Shown here piece after piece: positions 25,100 to 37,702 of a DNA stretch of 64,000 nucleotides. The stretch is from Mobula birostris. Taxonomy: Eukaryota. Made by a program: the position numbers and the translations under genes. Under the pieces are notes generated by a model, which saw only the letters and a program-made list of their open reading frames with translations, did not search any database and was not told the origin of the DNA. The stretch lies in NCBI RefSeq assembly GCF_030028105.1, contig NC_092384.1, positions 3,205,665 through 3,269,664 of the forward strand. Direction: 5' to 3'. How positions within the stretch are numbered: the first letter of the stretch is position 1; each line of letters opens with the position of its first letter.

Positions 25100-27775
25100 A
25101 AAAGGAGGAAGTCTTGAAGAGAGAATTTAGGGAGTTCGGTGGAACGCTGAAAAGGAGTACCTCCAGGGTAGTAATCTCTGGATAGCTGCCTGTACCACGC
25201 TCCAGTAAGAGTAAGAAATGGCAGATAAATTCATGGCTGGGGAACTGGTGCCAAGGGCAGGATTAAAGACTATTGGATGCTCGGGATGTCTTCTGGGGTA
25301 GTTTTGACCTGTATATACCTCGCGGGCAGGTTTGTACGAAATGTTGGAGAGGGTATAATCTGATGCGGCAGTGGGGATGGGAAACAGTGATAGAGCAGTT
25401 ACAGCAAGGCGGGGTGTAGTGAGATTGTCAGGAGGGACAGGGATATGTGAGGGTAAAGTTGCAGGTAGTGGAATAAGTTGCAGTGCAACAGGGGGACGAC
25501 ATTTAAAAAGCCGACGAATCCAGAACTGATGCTGTTATACTTAAATACACACAGTATACACAATAAGATAGATAACCATGTCGGACAGTTGCAGATTGGG
25601 GTGTATGACGTTGTTGGCATCGCTGAGTCATGACTGAAAGAGGATTATAGTTGGAAACTTAGCATCCACAGCACATATTGTATCGAAAGGACAGGGAGGT
25701 AGGCAAAAGATTTTGCTTAAATCTATTGGTAAAAAAAAACTTTGAAAGAGGTGACATAAGATTGGAAGATGTAGAATTATTGTGGTTAGAGTTGAGGAAT
25801 TGCGAGGATAAAAGGATACAGATTGGTGCTATATACAGGACTTCGAACAGTAGCAAGGATGTGGCGTCTAAATTATACGTGGCGGGGCGGGGGCGGAGAA
25901 TAGAAAAATGCACCTCAAAAGGAAAAGTCATCGGGGATAGAAATATACAGGTAGATTGAGAAAATCAGATTGGGCTGCCAAGACACGGAATCTGCAGAAT
26001 GCCCTTGAGATAACGTGCTAGAGCAGCTTGCAGTGGAGTCCACTGGTGCTGAGTATTAAACTGGGCTTGATTCGTGAGCTTGTGGTAAAGGAACCCTTCG
26101 TCAGCAGCGATTTTAACATGATTAAAATTCATCCAGCAATTTGAGAGAGAGAAGTTAAAGTCAGTCTTACAGCACAGTAAATGGAATTGGAGAACATTGA
26201 TAGAGGAGTTGGCCAAAGTTGACTGGAAGGAGACATGAGCAGGATAACCACAGACAGGAATGGTTGAGCTTCTCGGAGTAATTCGGGCGGCGCAGGTATA
26301 TAGTAACGAGAAACAAAAAATATTATAAAGGGAGAGAGACATAACCGTCCCTGAAAAGGGAAGCCAGTGCCAGCATGAGAGCTAAAGAGAGGAGGTATAA
26401 TAGAGCACATAAATAAGAAGCTGGAAGATCGGAAGCTGTTAAAAAACCAATAGAAGGCAACGGAAATGTCATAAGGAGCACAAAGATGTAATATTGAGGT
26501 ATGCTAGCTAATAACATCAAATAAGATGCCATAAGCTCTGTTTTCCAGCATTATAAACAGTAAAAGAGAGGCGAGAATAGAGATCAGATAACTGAGTAAA
26601 TGAAGCTGGACAGGTAGTAATGGGGGAGAAGGACACGAGGAAGAACTGAGTCAGTATTTTTCACCAATATTCACTCTACAGGACACCAGCATTATTGCGG
26701 ATATTTGAGAGTATTTAGGGGTACTTGGCTGAACATAATTAAGAAAGATCCAAAGTTAGCATGGTTTCGTTAAGGGAAAATCTTGCTTGCCAAATCTGTT
26801 GGAATTCTTGAGGGAATAAGAAGCAAGATGGACAAAGAAGAATCGGTGGATATTGTGTACTTAGACTTTCAAAAGGCCTTCGTCAAGGTATCCTGGATGA
26901 AATTTCTTAGCAAGTTAAGCAGCCTTACTATTGCAACAAAAGTACTAGCATGGATAGAACATTGGCTAATTATTTGTTTTTGATTGGCTGCTGGTGACTA
27001 GTGGTGTTCCGCAGGTTTCTGTAGGAACTGTCTCTTTTTACGTTTGATGTCAATGATTTGAATGCCGGAATTTATGGCTTTCTGGCCAAGTTTGTGGTTG
27101 ATAGGAGGATAGCTCGAGGGGCTGCTAGTGTTGCAGAAGTAGAGAAGGTGTAGAAGAACTTAGTTAGACCAGGAGAATGAGCAAAACAGTGGCAGATGGA
27201 ATACAGTGTCGGCAAGTGTACGGTTATACACGTTGATAGAAGGAACAAAACCGTAGACATTTTTCTAGATCAGAAGAAAATTCAAAACTCTTAGCTGCAA
27301 AGGGACTTGAACGTGCCCGAGCAGGATTTGCTAAAGATTAAATTGCAGTTTGAGTAGGTCGTGATAAAGTTAATTGGTATATTGGCATTCATTACAAGAA
27401 GACTAGGATACAAAAACAAGTATTTAATGCTGAGGCGAGATAAGGCATTGCTGAGGTCTCAGTCGAAAGAATGTGAGCAGTTTTGGGCGCTTTATCTGAG
27501 AAAGGATGAGCTGGCATTGACTAGGATCAGCGGGCACAACCTCAGAATAAAGAGTCATTCGTTTGAAAGGGAGATAAAGAGAAATCTGCTGAGATAGTTG
27601 GTGGTAAGTATGAGAATTTCGTTGCTACAGGTGGCTTGAAGGCATATTTAAAGCGGGAGTTGATAAATTCTTGATTAAACAAGGCGTGAAAGGTTACAGC
27701 AAAAAGACAGAGGAATGAGATTGAGAGCAAATTGTATCAGTCATGCTAAAAGGTGGAAGACACGATGGGCCTGAT
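25100..27775 (+). mobile_element. Degenerate CR1 LINE spanning ORF1 end, endonuclease and RT
   Basis: ORF1 esterase-like segment at 25,105; EN (IVGIAESWL..YRKDR); RT ([14 protein letters not shown]); 3' end near 27,770. Confidence 0.85.
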
Positions 27776-27899
27776 ACTTTCGATATGAGGGGGAATGCAG
27801 ATAGCACGAGGACGCAAAGAGAATGCAGGCTATTTTACTGACTTTTATGAATAACGCTGCCTGTACATTTTGTGAACTCTTGTCATGTGGGATTAGCTA

Positions 27900-29180
27900 A
27901 GTGAGCGAGTGAGGCATCCGTTGGTCTTGCTAGAGTAATGATGTTGTTTCCCATGTAGAAAGCTCCCACCCTTCTCCACGAAACTCAAACGAACGGCAGA
28001 GACCGATACAGTTTGGAACCAGCAGCGTCGCAGGAGTTGTGACGCAACGTTGAACTCAGCGCATTACTGCTTTAAGGAATCCAGTTCCCGATATTTCCCT
28101 CGGAGTTTACTCCGGACAGCTTCCCCATAATTGAATAAAGCCCCAAGGCAGCAGATTCTTGAGATCAGAGATTTCCTTCTCCTGCATGAGCTGTCAAACG
28201 CGGCTGACGAGCCAGCCCCATTTGCCCGAAGGGACTGTTTTTACGGCGTCAGTTGCCAACCTATGCACCTTCTCCTATCTGTAGAACCGGTTCCACATGG
28301 CTCAGCAGCTAAGCAACACGTGAAGGCCAGAAGTTGGACTTGGTTGTCAGAGGCTAACTGACTAACAATGGAATAACCCTTTGAACTAGCACAACTCCCC
28401 TTCTTGAACGAAATAAAAAAGCCAGGTATGTACTACTTGTTCATAGACCTGCATTGAAGTTATAGTCACTGGAATTGCACCATTTCGTCCAATTTACTCT
28501 TTACACATAACTGATACTCCTTACAGAAACATAAAAAGAATTGTCCACGGTATAACTTTTTTTCTCTTTGTTTTAACGGCCTCTCACTTGCTTTTAATAA
28601 AGAACAATTTTATCCGTCGCCGCGGCCGACGTTAGTTTGTTCAACACAATGAATTTACAGGCTTAACGAAACGAAACACCATCACCACGAAGACAGTCTT
28701 CCATTTGGAAGGCGGAAGACCCGTGACGAGATCCATGCAGATGTGTTCCCAAGGTCTGTCTGGAGCAGGTTGAATGTGAAAGGAGTCCCTGAGATTGAGT
28801 GTGGGGCTCCTTATTCCGTGCACATTTACTGTCGGGCTTATCTAGACATTCCAGGCTACCAGCCTTTCCTCTTAATGAACTAAAGGGCACTGGCGATCGG
28901 CTTGTGTGCGGACATTGAGGAATGATAAACCTGAGAAGGCTTGGAACGAACAGACAACCCAGCGGATCATTTTTGGAAATAACCTCTTGCACCTGGAACT
29001 TGCATAACAGAAAGTCGTTTTCCCAACGAATAGGATCTATTACCTTAGCTTCGGGCAAAGTGATAGGCTGCTCCTCTTCGGGTTCGCTGCACTGACGAGT
29101 CAAGGCACTTGATCCTTAACTCTATGACTCCGGTCAAAAGCTCCAAACAATTTGTACCAGTCAACGAAGTGAGACCATCT
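27900..29180 (-). mobile_element. Gypsy LTR retrotransposon pol fragment (RNase H end, integrase)
   Basis: PDRPWEHICMDLVTGLPPS integrase core start; LFVPxxLRxxIxQCxH upstream; PFGQMGWLVS C-terminal motif; purine-rich PPT-like ggagaagggtgggag on minus near 27,965. Confidence 0.85.
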
Positions 29181-32100
29181 GGCCTGACTGGAATTGGGTC
29201 TTTTGGTCTCCTGAATGTAAGAAATGCGTGCACTTATTATCACAAAGTTATTGGCAGGACATCTTTAAGCTTAAGGGGATCCAGAAAAGATGCCCAAGAA
29301 CGTTACCAAGGCTGGAGGGCTTAACGTATCAGGAAAGACTGGATAGTTTGCGATTTCCTTTCCAATGGTATGTCAAGACTGAGAATACACCATATAGAGA
29401 TATGTAAATCACAAGGGAGAAGATAGGTGATTGATCAAACTGTTTCGCAGGGTAGTGAAATCTAAAATTGGAGCAAATTAGAGGAAGGCATAATGAAGTT
29501 TACGTGTTGCATGATTTTCAAACAAATGGTGGTAAATCTATGCAACGAAATTGCAGAGGAAATGATAGAGCCAGGGCAATTGGAGCATTTCTCTGGAATG
29601 TAGACAACTTCACTGTGAAGAAAAGTTTAAAATAGTATGGGTCAAAATATGAGAATTGTATTATCTCTAATTGGCCATTTGGAAGGCGTAGACGACTGGA
29701 TTGAAGGAATTGTTTCTGTGATGTGTAACACAGCCATTTTATGACTTTATTAGACACACATTTTGTTCAAAGCACTGAAAACTAAATGAAACATCTGTTT
29801 GTTGCCCCGTGTCTATGCTTCCACACCTGATAAACTACTGCATTTCCGGAAAGGCTTTGGACATGCTAAGCTGTGTTGTGCCATGCATGTAAGTAATGCA
29901 GAGATCTTACCCAGCTCCCTCTGCCGAGCCTGTTTTTTTTTTTCCCCACTAAGCAAATTCAGTGGTTTATATATATCTTTATGCTCATCACAACTTCACA
30001 TTTCTTGGTGAACAGAACTGTAATACTTCGAATACACCAACACAGTTCAGTTATAAAATTTACATTGCAATTCGCTGCGTAAGAATTATAATTACCAACC
30101 ACTTACGGTATTTCCATATTACGTGGTAATTCACCCAATGCGTGATGATGAAGAAAGGCGAAAATCTGCTTCTTACCCGTAAACGATTATTCTCGAATAA
30201 AAGATAAGCAACACATTTCATGGTAGCAGTAATCACATCAGAGTTAAGGGAAATGTCAGATATTCGCTGCTTCCGCTAGTAATTAAGTAACCAATTTGCA
30301 GATACAATTAATTCAATCTTATCTCTGCTTGTCTTCATTTTTTTTCTCCTTTAATCTGATTTTATTTCTATTCCAGGCACCTACAAGCATACGGATTACA
30401 TTTTACACATCCAAATCCAGGAAAGGAAGTTGCGAGATTACTTCCATCTATAACTTTGTGTTGTACAAGTGTAGAAACGTCACAGGAAACGAGTACCGGA
30501 TAAGTAGTAAACTAAAGTGATGATGGAAATCTTCGAAAACATTTCATTCAGACAAACGGGAATTGCTTCGAAACGGCGGGAGTGCCTCCTAGTTAACGTA
30601 ATTGTATGTGGAATGAGTCAACAAAAAAATAGAATGGTGCGATAGATCATCGGTGTTGAAGTTATCCCGAATCAAATTATATGAGACATATTACTAAAGC
30701 AGATTGTGTGTCTGTGCAAGGAGAAGTGCGCTACTATCCGGGAAGGAATGTGGTGTTCCGCTGTTCACTGAACAGATCGAGTACGTGTCAAATTTATTAA
30801 TAAAATAAATATTTATGACATCGAAAGATTTTATGACTATAAGCAACTGCTTTTATAGCTAAATATCTAACTGTCAGAGTTTATTAACATTACGCTGTTT
30901 ATTAACACAGTATAAGATGAGTTTTTCGAAACTAATATATAGAACTGACAGTTTTCTCCTTTTTTTTTTTTCAAATTTCTATGTTTAAATTTACCAGGTG
31001 ACTCAGAGCATCTAGCGTCTGGATTTCAGTGCTCAAACGGAGAGCTTCACAATGTGAGCAGGAATGTTTTAAAGCTCAGGTATGGAATCAGTTATCGAAG
31101 GAGCTAATTGTGAAAAATAACTTTTCTTAAACAAAATTTTCTCTAGCCTCACGTAAATCTGTTTATTATGTGTGATCCTTCACCTGACTTCTCTCTCATT
31201 CTTAATTCAGTCTCTTCCTCCTTGCGGGAGGTATAATCATGCCCTCCTTTATCTTCTCCGACTTAGGTTTAACTTGTCGAATTTCATCATATTCTTTCGA
31301 CTTGCTTTGACCTTACACCATATCACCAGTCTCCTCTAGTCCATCTCTCTCAGTTGCTCTTTCGATGAACACCAGATATGTATGTATGTTTTCCATTGCA
31401 ATTCAGATATAAGTTCAGGAAAATGACAGGCTCCCTTTATTTCTTCCTTCACAGACCAACACTCGCTTGCACAGTATTCTTTACGTTTACCATATTGAAC
31501 AGAATTATACATTGGGAACGCGGGAAACTGTAAACCTCCTTGTTTCATGCTGTCTAACGCTAATTTGTGTTTAATTTTGTACGACAGAAAACAGATCAGA
31601 GTTACACTAAGCTGAGGTGTTATTCTGATTTTCTTTCACGGTTTATCGGTATTATATGTTTGCTTTTATTTTTAATCATTTTCGTCTATAATATGTTCCT
31701 TTATGCCAATGTTTGAGGCGTTGCAACATGGCAAGAAATCACATAATATATATTGATTTTATTATAGCAGACTCAGGCAAGTACGTTGTTTTGCAGAATT
31801 ACAGAATGTGAATATGAAGGGAACTTAGGATACTGCAAACTACCCCATCAGCGAGCTGCTCGTTCGCCAAGGAGCTGAAGGAGCTGAATTTCGTGCAGTC
31901 CGCGTTGTTGCTTGCTAGAGGAAGGCACTGGAGTCACTGTGTGACGGCAACGCGCACTCTAACTATTAGTAATTGTGTTGAATGCTTCTCCTCGGATCAT
32001 AAGACCCTGTTTGACAATAATAATATAAAATGCTGCAAAGTCCGCTTCCCTGTTTGTTGGATTGACAGAAGCCGGGAGAGTTGAATGGCCTCGGTTACAG

Positions 32101-33164
32101 CGAGAACAAGGCCTCAAACCACGGGCTTGCCTGTTGCAGCAGTACAGAAGAGAGACGGTGGAGGCGGTGTAGCGCAGTCTTCATGGTGGGTCGCGGGTTG
32201 CCCCTCCCGTTTGTGCTGCCATGCAGTAGAATGACAAGCTCGGTTGTGTTGCGTACATGCTTGTGCGTGTACGTTTGTCTGTTGAGAAATGCTTCTTCTT
32301 GCCGACAGCACACATGCATCATCAGTTTACAGGGCATGCTGTCGTATTCTTTAGTGTGAGTATTTATATGTGTTGTATGTGCCCTGTGCTGTGCTTTACT
32401 GTCGATATTGTGTCTTGGCCCCGGAGTAATGCTGTTTCGTTTGGCTGTATTGCTGGGTATTTATGCATGGTTGAATGATAATTAAGCTTGAATTTGAAAG
32501 ACTAATTTCTATTTTAGGCTTAACCTATTGCGTGGGTACATTGCAAATCGGAAAGTAGAGCAGTATTAAATAAACAGTTGAAAAACAAAACAAACAAGCT
32601 AAAACTTTATTTTGGCGAAGAAGTACTTCAGAATGTATATTGTATACATTTCTCTGACACTAAGTATCCCCTTTAAACCTTTGAAACAACACATCCCCAC
32701 CGTATCTGGGCAGGCGAGTGACAGCTGTACTCAGCTGGTGCAGCCGATTAGTTTGAGTCCATCTTAGACATTTTCTGCGGCATCATTTTCTGTAGCTTCC
32801 TGAATTAAACCCTACACAGTTATGTTATCGCACCACTGCACCGCCCGCTGTAAAAGACGGAATTTATTTATTTGTTAATGGATCTATTTGGTTGACATTA
32901 AACGGAATTTTCTTTAATCAAACAGTACTATATAGATCACTGAGCATGAGTGATCTACACTATAATGTATGTGGAGCATGATGTTCCCGTTAGGGTTTGT
33001 TTATCGGTGCTTCTCGGTAGCTGTAGAGGCCGATCCGGAATTCACATATTCTGGTGCAATGTGGGCAAGAGTGAGTGGTGTGTTGTTTGTGGGGTTGGTG
33101 GTTGTTTTTTTTGTTTGGTTATTCCGCTTCTCCTTTGGCAGCTGCGATAAGGTGCTGCTAGCAT

Positions 33165-33320
33165 NNNNNNNNNNNNNNNNNNNNNNNNNNNNNNNNNNNN
33201 NNNNNNNNNNNNNNNNNNNNNNNNNNNNNNNNNNNNNNNNNNNNNNNNNNNNNNNNNNNNNNNNNNNNNNNNNNNNNNNNNNNNNNNNNNNNNNNNNNNN
33301 NNNNNNNNNNNNNNNNNNNN
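33165..33320. other. Assembly gap (156 N)
   Basis: Run of N at the position of a (CA)n tract in copy A. Confidence 1.
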
Positions 33321-34384
33321 GTCTTCTTTCTTGCCTGTAGCATGGACGATGGCCTCAAAATAAGGAGACAGCAATTAAGAACAGAGTTTACACTGAATCC
33401 GTTTACTCATTAAAGTATTCTTAAGAGTCTCCAACCTTGAGATGTAACGGAGGACATTTAAGTCGCTGAATGTTTTTAACAATTTGATGGATGGGTATTT
33501 AGACACAGTGGCATCAGAGGATGCAGTGACTCCACAGGAGAATTGGTATTGTGTGTCTCATATGGACGAAGGCCTGAATGACGTCCTATTTCTGTCCCCT
33601 TTCCTTCTCCTGCTCACAATAGAGCCATTCTTGCATCAGCTGTCTCAGAATCCTGATGAATAGTTACTTGAAATACTATCACCTTACAAAATCTTCACAT
33701 TAATATTAACGTTTTGTGCACAGCTTGTGTACGCCGATTACTCTAGTTATTTATAGAACCTGAAATAGATTTTTCTTCGGAAATAAGTCTAGAAGTCCAT
33801 CTAAAATAAAACAAACAAACAAAAAAAAAATCCAGATGTTTTCTCCCCTGACTAGGACGAATGTTAAATTATCTGGCTACAGATAATAGTAATCACTGTT
33901 TTTAGGGTCTTGCTGCCTGACCACATGTCCAGATAGAGCAAGATTTATTATTTCCTAAATGATTTCTAAATCTATGCCGTGTTTTTGAAAGACTACTGGT
34001 TGCAGAACGAGCTCTATAAATGCACTTCATTTTGGTTCTCTCTTGTCTGAATAATTTATTGAAATTTTTGCTTTACAGTTCAGTAAAATCTAAGCACAGA
34101 TTTTAAAGTAACAAGACCAATTTATACAGCATAAAGGTAAATACACTGCATCAGCTTGTTCTTACAGAATGCAAAATAGAGGGCTAAAGACCACGTGGTG
34201 GGAGATGGAAAAAGTATGGAGAGGTCGGCATACATGAGTTGGGCCGAATAGCTTGTTTCTGCACTGCACGATGCTAAGTTTCAGTGTAGACAGGGAGTGC
34301 CGTCTGCCAGTATGTGTCATAGAGTCATATCACAAACAGGAAAAAAATTGCAGGCGCTAGAAATCCAAACAACTCACACGAAAT

Positions 34385-37285
34385 TGTTCTAGAGCATGTT
34401 GATATTAAGGGAGAGGAGGTGTAGGAGTTGTTAAAATACATTAGGACGGATAAGTCCACGGGGCCTGACGGAATATTCCCCAGGCTGCTCCATGAACCGA
34501 GGGAAGATATTGTTGAGCCTATGGCTAGGATCTTTATGTCCTCGTTGTCCAGAGGAATGTTACCGAAGGACTGGAGGGAGGCGAATGTTGTCCCCTTGTT
34601 CAAAAAAAATTAATATTGATAATACGGGTAATGATAGACTAGTAAGTCTTACTTCTGTGGTGGGCAAGCTGTTGGAAAAAAATTCTTACATATAGGATCT
34701 ATGGGCATCTAGAGAATCATGGTGTGATCAGGGACAGTCAGCTTGGCTTTGTGAAGGGCAGATAGTGTCTAACAAGCCTGATAGAGTTCCTTGAGTAGGT
34801 GACCAGGCATATAGATGAGGGTAGTGCAGTGGATGTGATTTAAATGGATTTTAGTAAGGCATTTGACAAGGTTCCACACGGTAGGCTTATTCAGAAAGTC
34901 AGAAGGCATGGGATCCAGGGAAGTTTGGCCAGGTGGATTCAGAATTGGTTTGCCTGCAGAAGGCACAAGGTCGTGGTGGAGGGAGTACATTCAGATTGGA
35001 GGATTGTGATTAGTGATGTCCCACAAAGATGTGTTCTGGGACCTGTACTTTTCATGATTTTTATTAACGACATGGATGTGGGGTTAGAAGGGTGGTTTGG
35101 CAAGTTTGATAATCGTTTCACTCCCCGAATCATCCTCTGAGCACTCTTCAAACTTCCTTAGACTAGGAGCCCAGAACTGTTCACTATACTGAAGGCGAGG
35201 CCTTATCAGTGCCTTATAAAGCCTCAGCATCACATCCCTGCTCTTGTATTCTAGACCTCTTGAAATGAATGTTAACATTGCATTTGCGTTCTCAGCACCG
35301 ACTCAACCTGCAAGTTAATATTTAGGGTGTTCTGCACAAGGACTCTCAAGTCCCTTTACATCTCAGATTTTTGGATTTTCTCCCGGTTTATAAAATAGTC
35401 TGTACATTTATTTCTTCTACCAAAGTGCATGACCATGCAGTTTCCAACACGAATTTCATTTGCCACTTTCTTGCTCATTGTCCTAATCTGCCTGTCCTTC
35501 TGCAGCCTACCTGTTCCCTCAACACTACCTGTCTCTTTTAGTTTCTAACCCGTTTCTAAATATTCTCAGTATGAGTAACCTCCGTTTCCGATCCATCCAA
35601 ACGTCTTACATTTCACCTGTGCTCACGCGTTTGCGATCCGATGATGAATTAACTGTTTACAGTTACAGAACGTAGTAGATGCATATTGAAATAGCATAAA
35701 AAAATGGAATAATAGAACATAGGTGCAGAGAGTAGGCCATTCGGCCCATTGTGCCCGCAACGCTATTCAGTATGATCATGGCTGATCATCCAACTCAGAA
35801 TCCTGCACCTGCCTTCTTTCCATACCTACTGATCCATTTAGCCAAAAGGGCCATATTTACCTCCCTCTTAAATATAGCCAATGAACTGGCCTCAACAGTT
35901 TCCTGTGGCAGACAATTCCACAGATTCACCACTTTCTGTGTGAAGACATTTTTTTCCTGATCTCCGTCCTAAAAGGCTTCCCCTTTATCAACAAACTGCG
36001 ACCCCTCGTTCTGGACTTCCCAAACATCGGGAACAATCTTCCTGCATCTAGCCTGTCTAATCCCTTCGGGATTTGATACGTTTCCATAAGATTCCCCATC
36101 AATCTTCTAAATTCCAACGAGTATAAGACTAGCCGATCCAGTCTTTCATCAAATGAAAGTCCTGCCATCCCAGGAATCATTCTGGTGAACCTTCTTTGTA
36201 CTCCCTCTATGGCAAGAATGTCTCTCCTAACATTAGTGGACCAAAACTGCACATAGTACTCCAGGTGTGGTCTCACCAAGGCCCTGTACAACTGCAGTAG
36301 TACCTTCCTGCTCCTGTACTCGAATCCTCTTGCTATGAATGACAGCATACCATTCGCCTTTTTCACTGCCTGCTGTACCTGCATATCCACTTTCAATGAC
36401 TGGTGTATAATGACACCCAAGGAATTCTTGCACCTCCACTTTTCCTAATCAGCCACCATTCAGATAATAATCTGTTTTCCTGTTTTTGCCACCAAAGTGG
36501 ATAACCACACATTTATCCACATTAAATTGCATCCGCCATGAATTTGCCCACTCACCTAACCTATCCAGGTCACTCTGCATCCTCTTAGCATCCTCCTCAC
36601 AGCTATCACTGCCGCCCAGCTTCGTGTCATCCGCAAACTTGGAGATGCCACATTTAATTCCTTCGTCTAAGTCATTAATATATATTGTAAACAACTGGGG
36701 TCCCAGCACTGAGCCTTGCGGTACCCCACTAGTCACTGCCTGCCATTCTGAAAAGGTCCCGTTTATTCCCACTCTTTGCTTCCTGTACGCCAACCAATTC
36801 TCCATCCACATCAATACCATGCCCCCAATACCGTGTGCTTTAAGTTTGCACACTAATCTCCTGTGTGGGACCTTGTCAAAAGCCTTTTGAAAATCCAAAT
36901 ATACCACCCTCACTGATTCTCCCCTATCCACTCTACTAGTTACATCCCCAAAAAATTCTATGAGACTTGTCAGACATGAGTTTCCTTTCACAAATCCATG
37001 CTGTCTTTGTCCGACAAGTTAAACGCTTTCCAAATGCTCTGCTATAACATTTTTGATAATTGACTCTAGCATTTTCCCCACGACCGATATTAGGCTAAGT
37101 GGGCTATAATTCCCCGGTGTCTCTCTCCCTCCTTTAAAAAAAAAAGCGGGGTTACATTAGCCACACTCCAGTCCTCAGGAACTAGTCCAGAATCTAAAGA
37201 GTTTTGAATAATTATCACTTAACGCATCCACTATTTCCTGGGCTACTTCTTAATCACTCTGGGATGCAGACCATAACCTATCAAC
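34385..37285. mobile_element. CR1 cluster of copy B (RT + 34,385-35,110; - 35,130-35,530; - 35,700-37,285)
   Basis: ORFs 34844-35140, 35926-36420, 36449-36991 ([19 protein letters not shown]); orthologous to 5,070-8,305. Confidence 0.93.
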
Positions 37286-37534
37286 CGGATGGATACCGAA
37301 ATCTACGGGAGGATCGTAACTTTGGCAAAGTACTGCAACCGATTTCATCCGCTGGATATAAGGCCACGAACAGGGTCATTCGTTTGGGAACGTCGGCTTG
37401 AAATAAGGGGTTCATTTTGGTAAATTGAGACATATCTCTGTACCACTTAGGTGTACTGCTTGTTTCTTGTTGTCAAACAAGCGACATTGCAGTTAAAATT
37501 CAATCAGGTAAAACAGATTCCAGGTTCGGCACGT

Positions 37535-37702
37535 TTAGTACTTGGGATTCCGTTCCGAATAAATAACGTCGACACTTTGCATTTTGCTCGGCTGTGAATC
37601 GACTGTGTCGGTCTCCCTTCGATAAACAATTTCTGCTTTCTTGGTCTCTGCCACGGCGATTGGGGCGTAGGTCACGTTCCTATCAGGCGGCCTCTGCGTG
37701 GT
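37535..37702 (-). CDS. Gene B terminal cytoplasmic exon ([55 protein letters not shown])
   Basis: ggatttttcag| 168 nt to TAA; VTYAPI is an ITIM; additional IVY and VIYSE tyrosines. Confidence 0.75.
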   Translation of the reverse strand, partial: TTQRPPDRNVTYAPIAVAETKKAEIVYRRETDTVDSQPSKMQSVDVIYSERNPKY

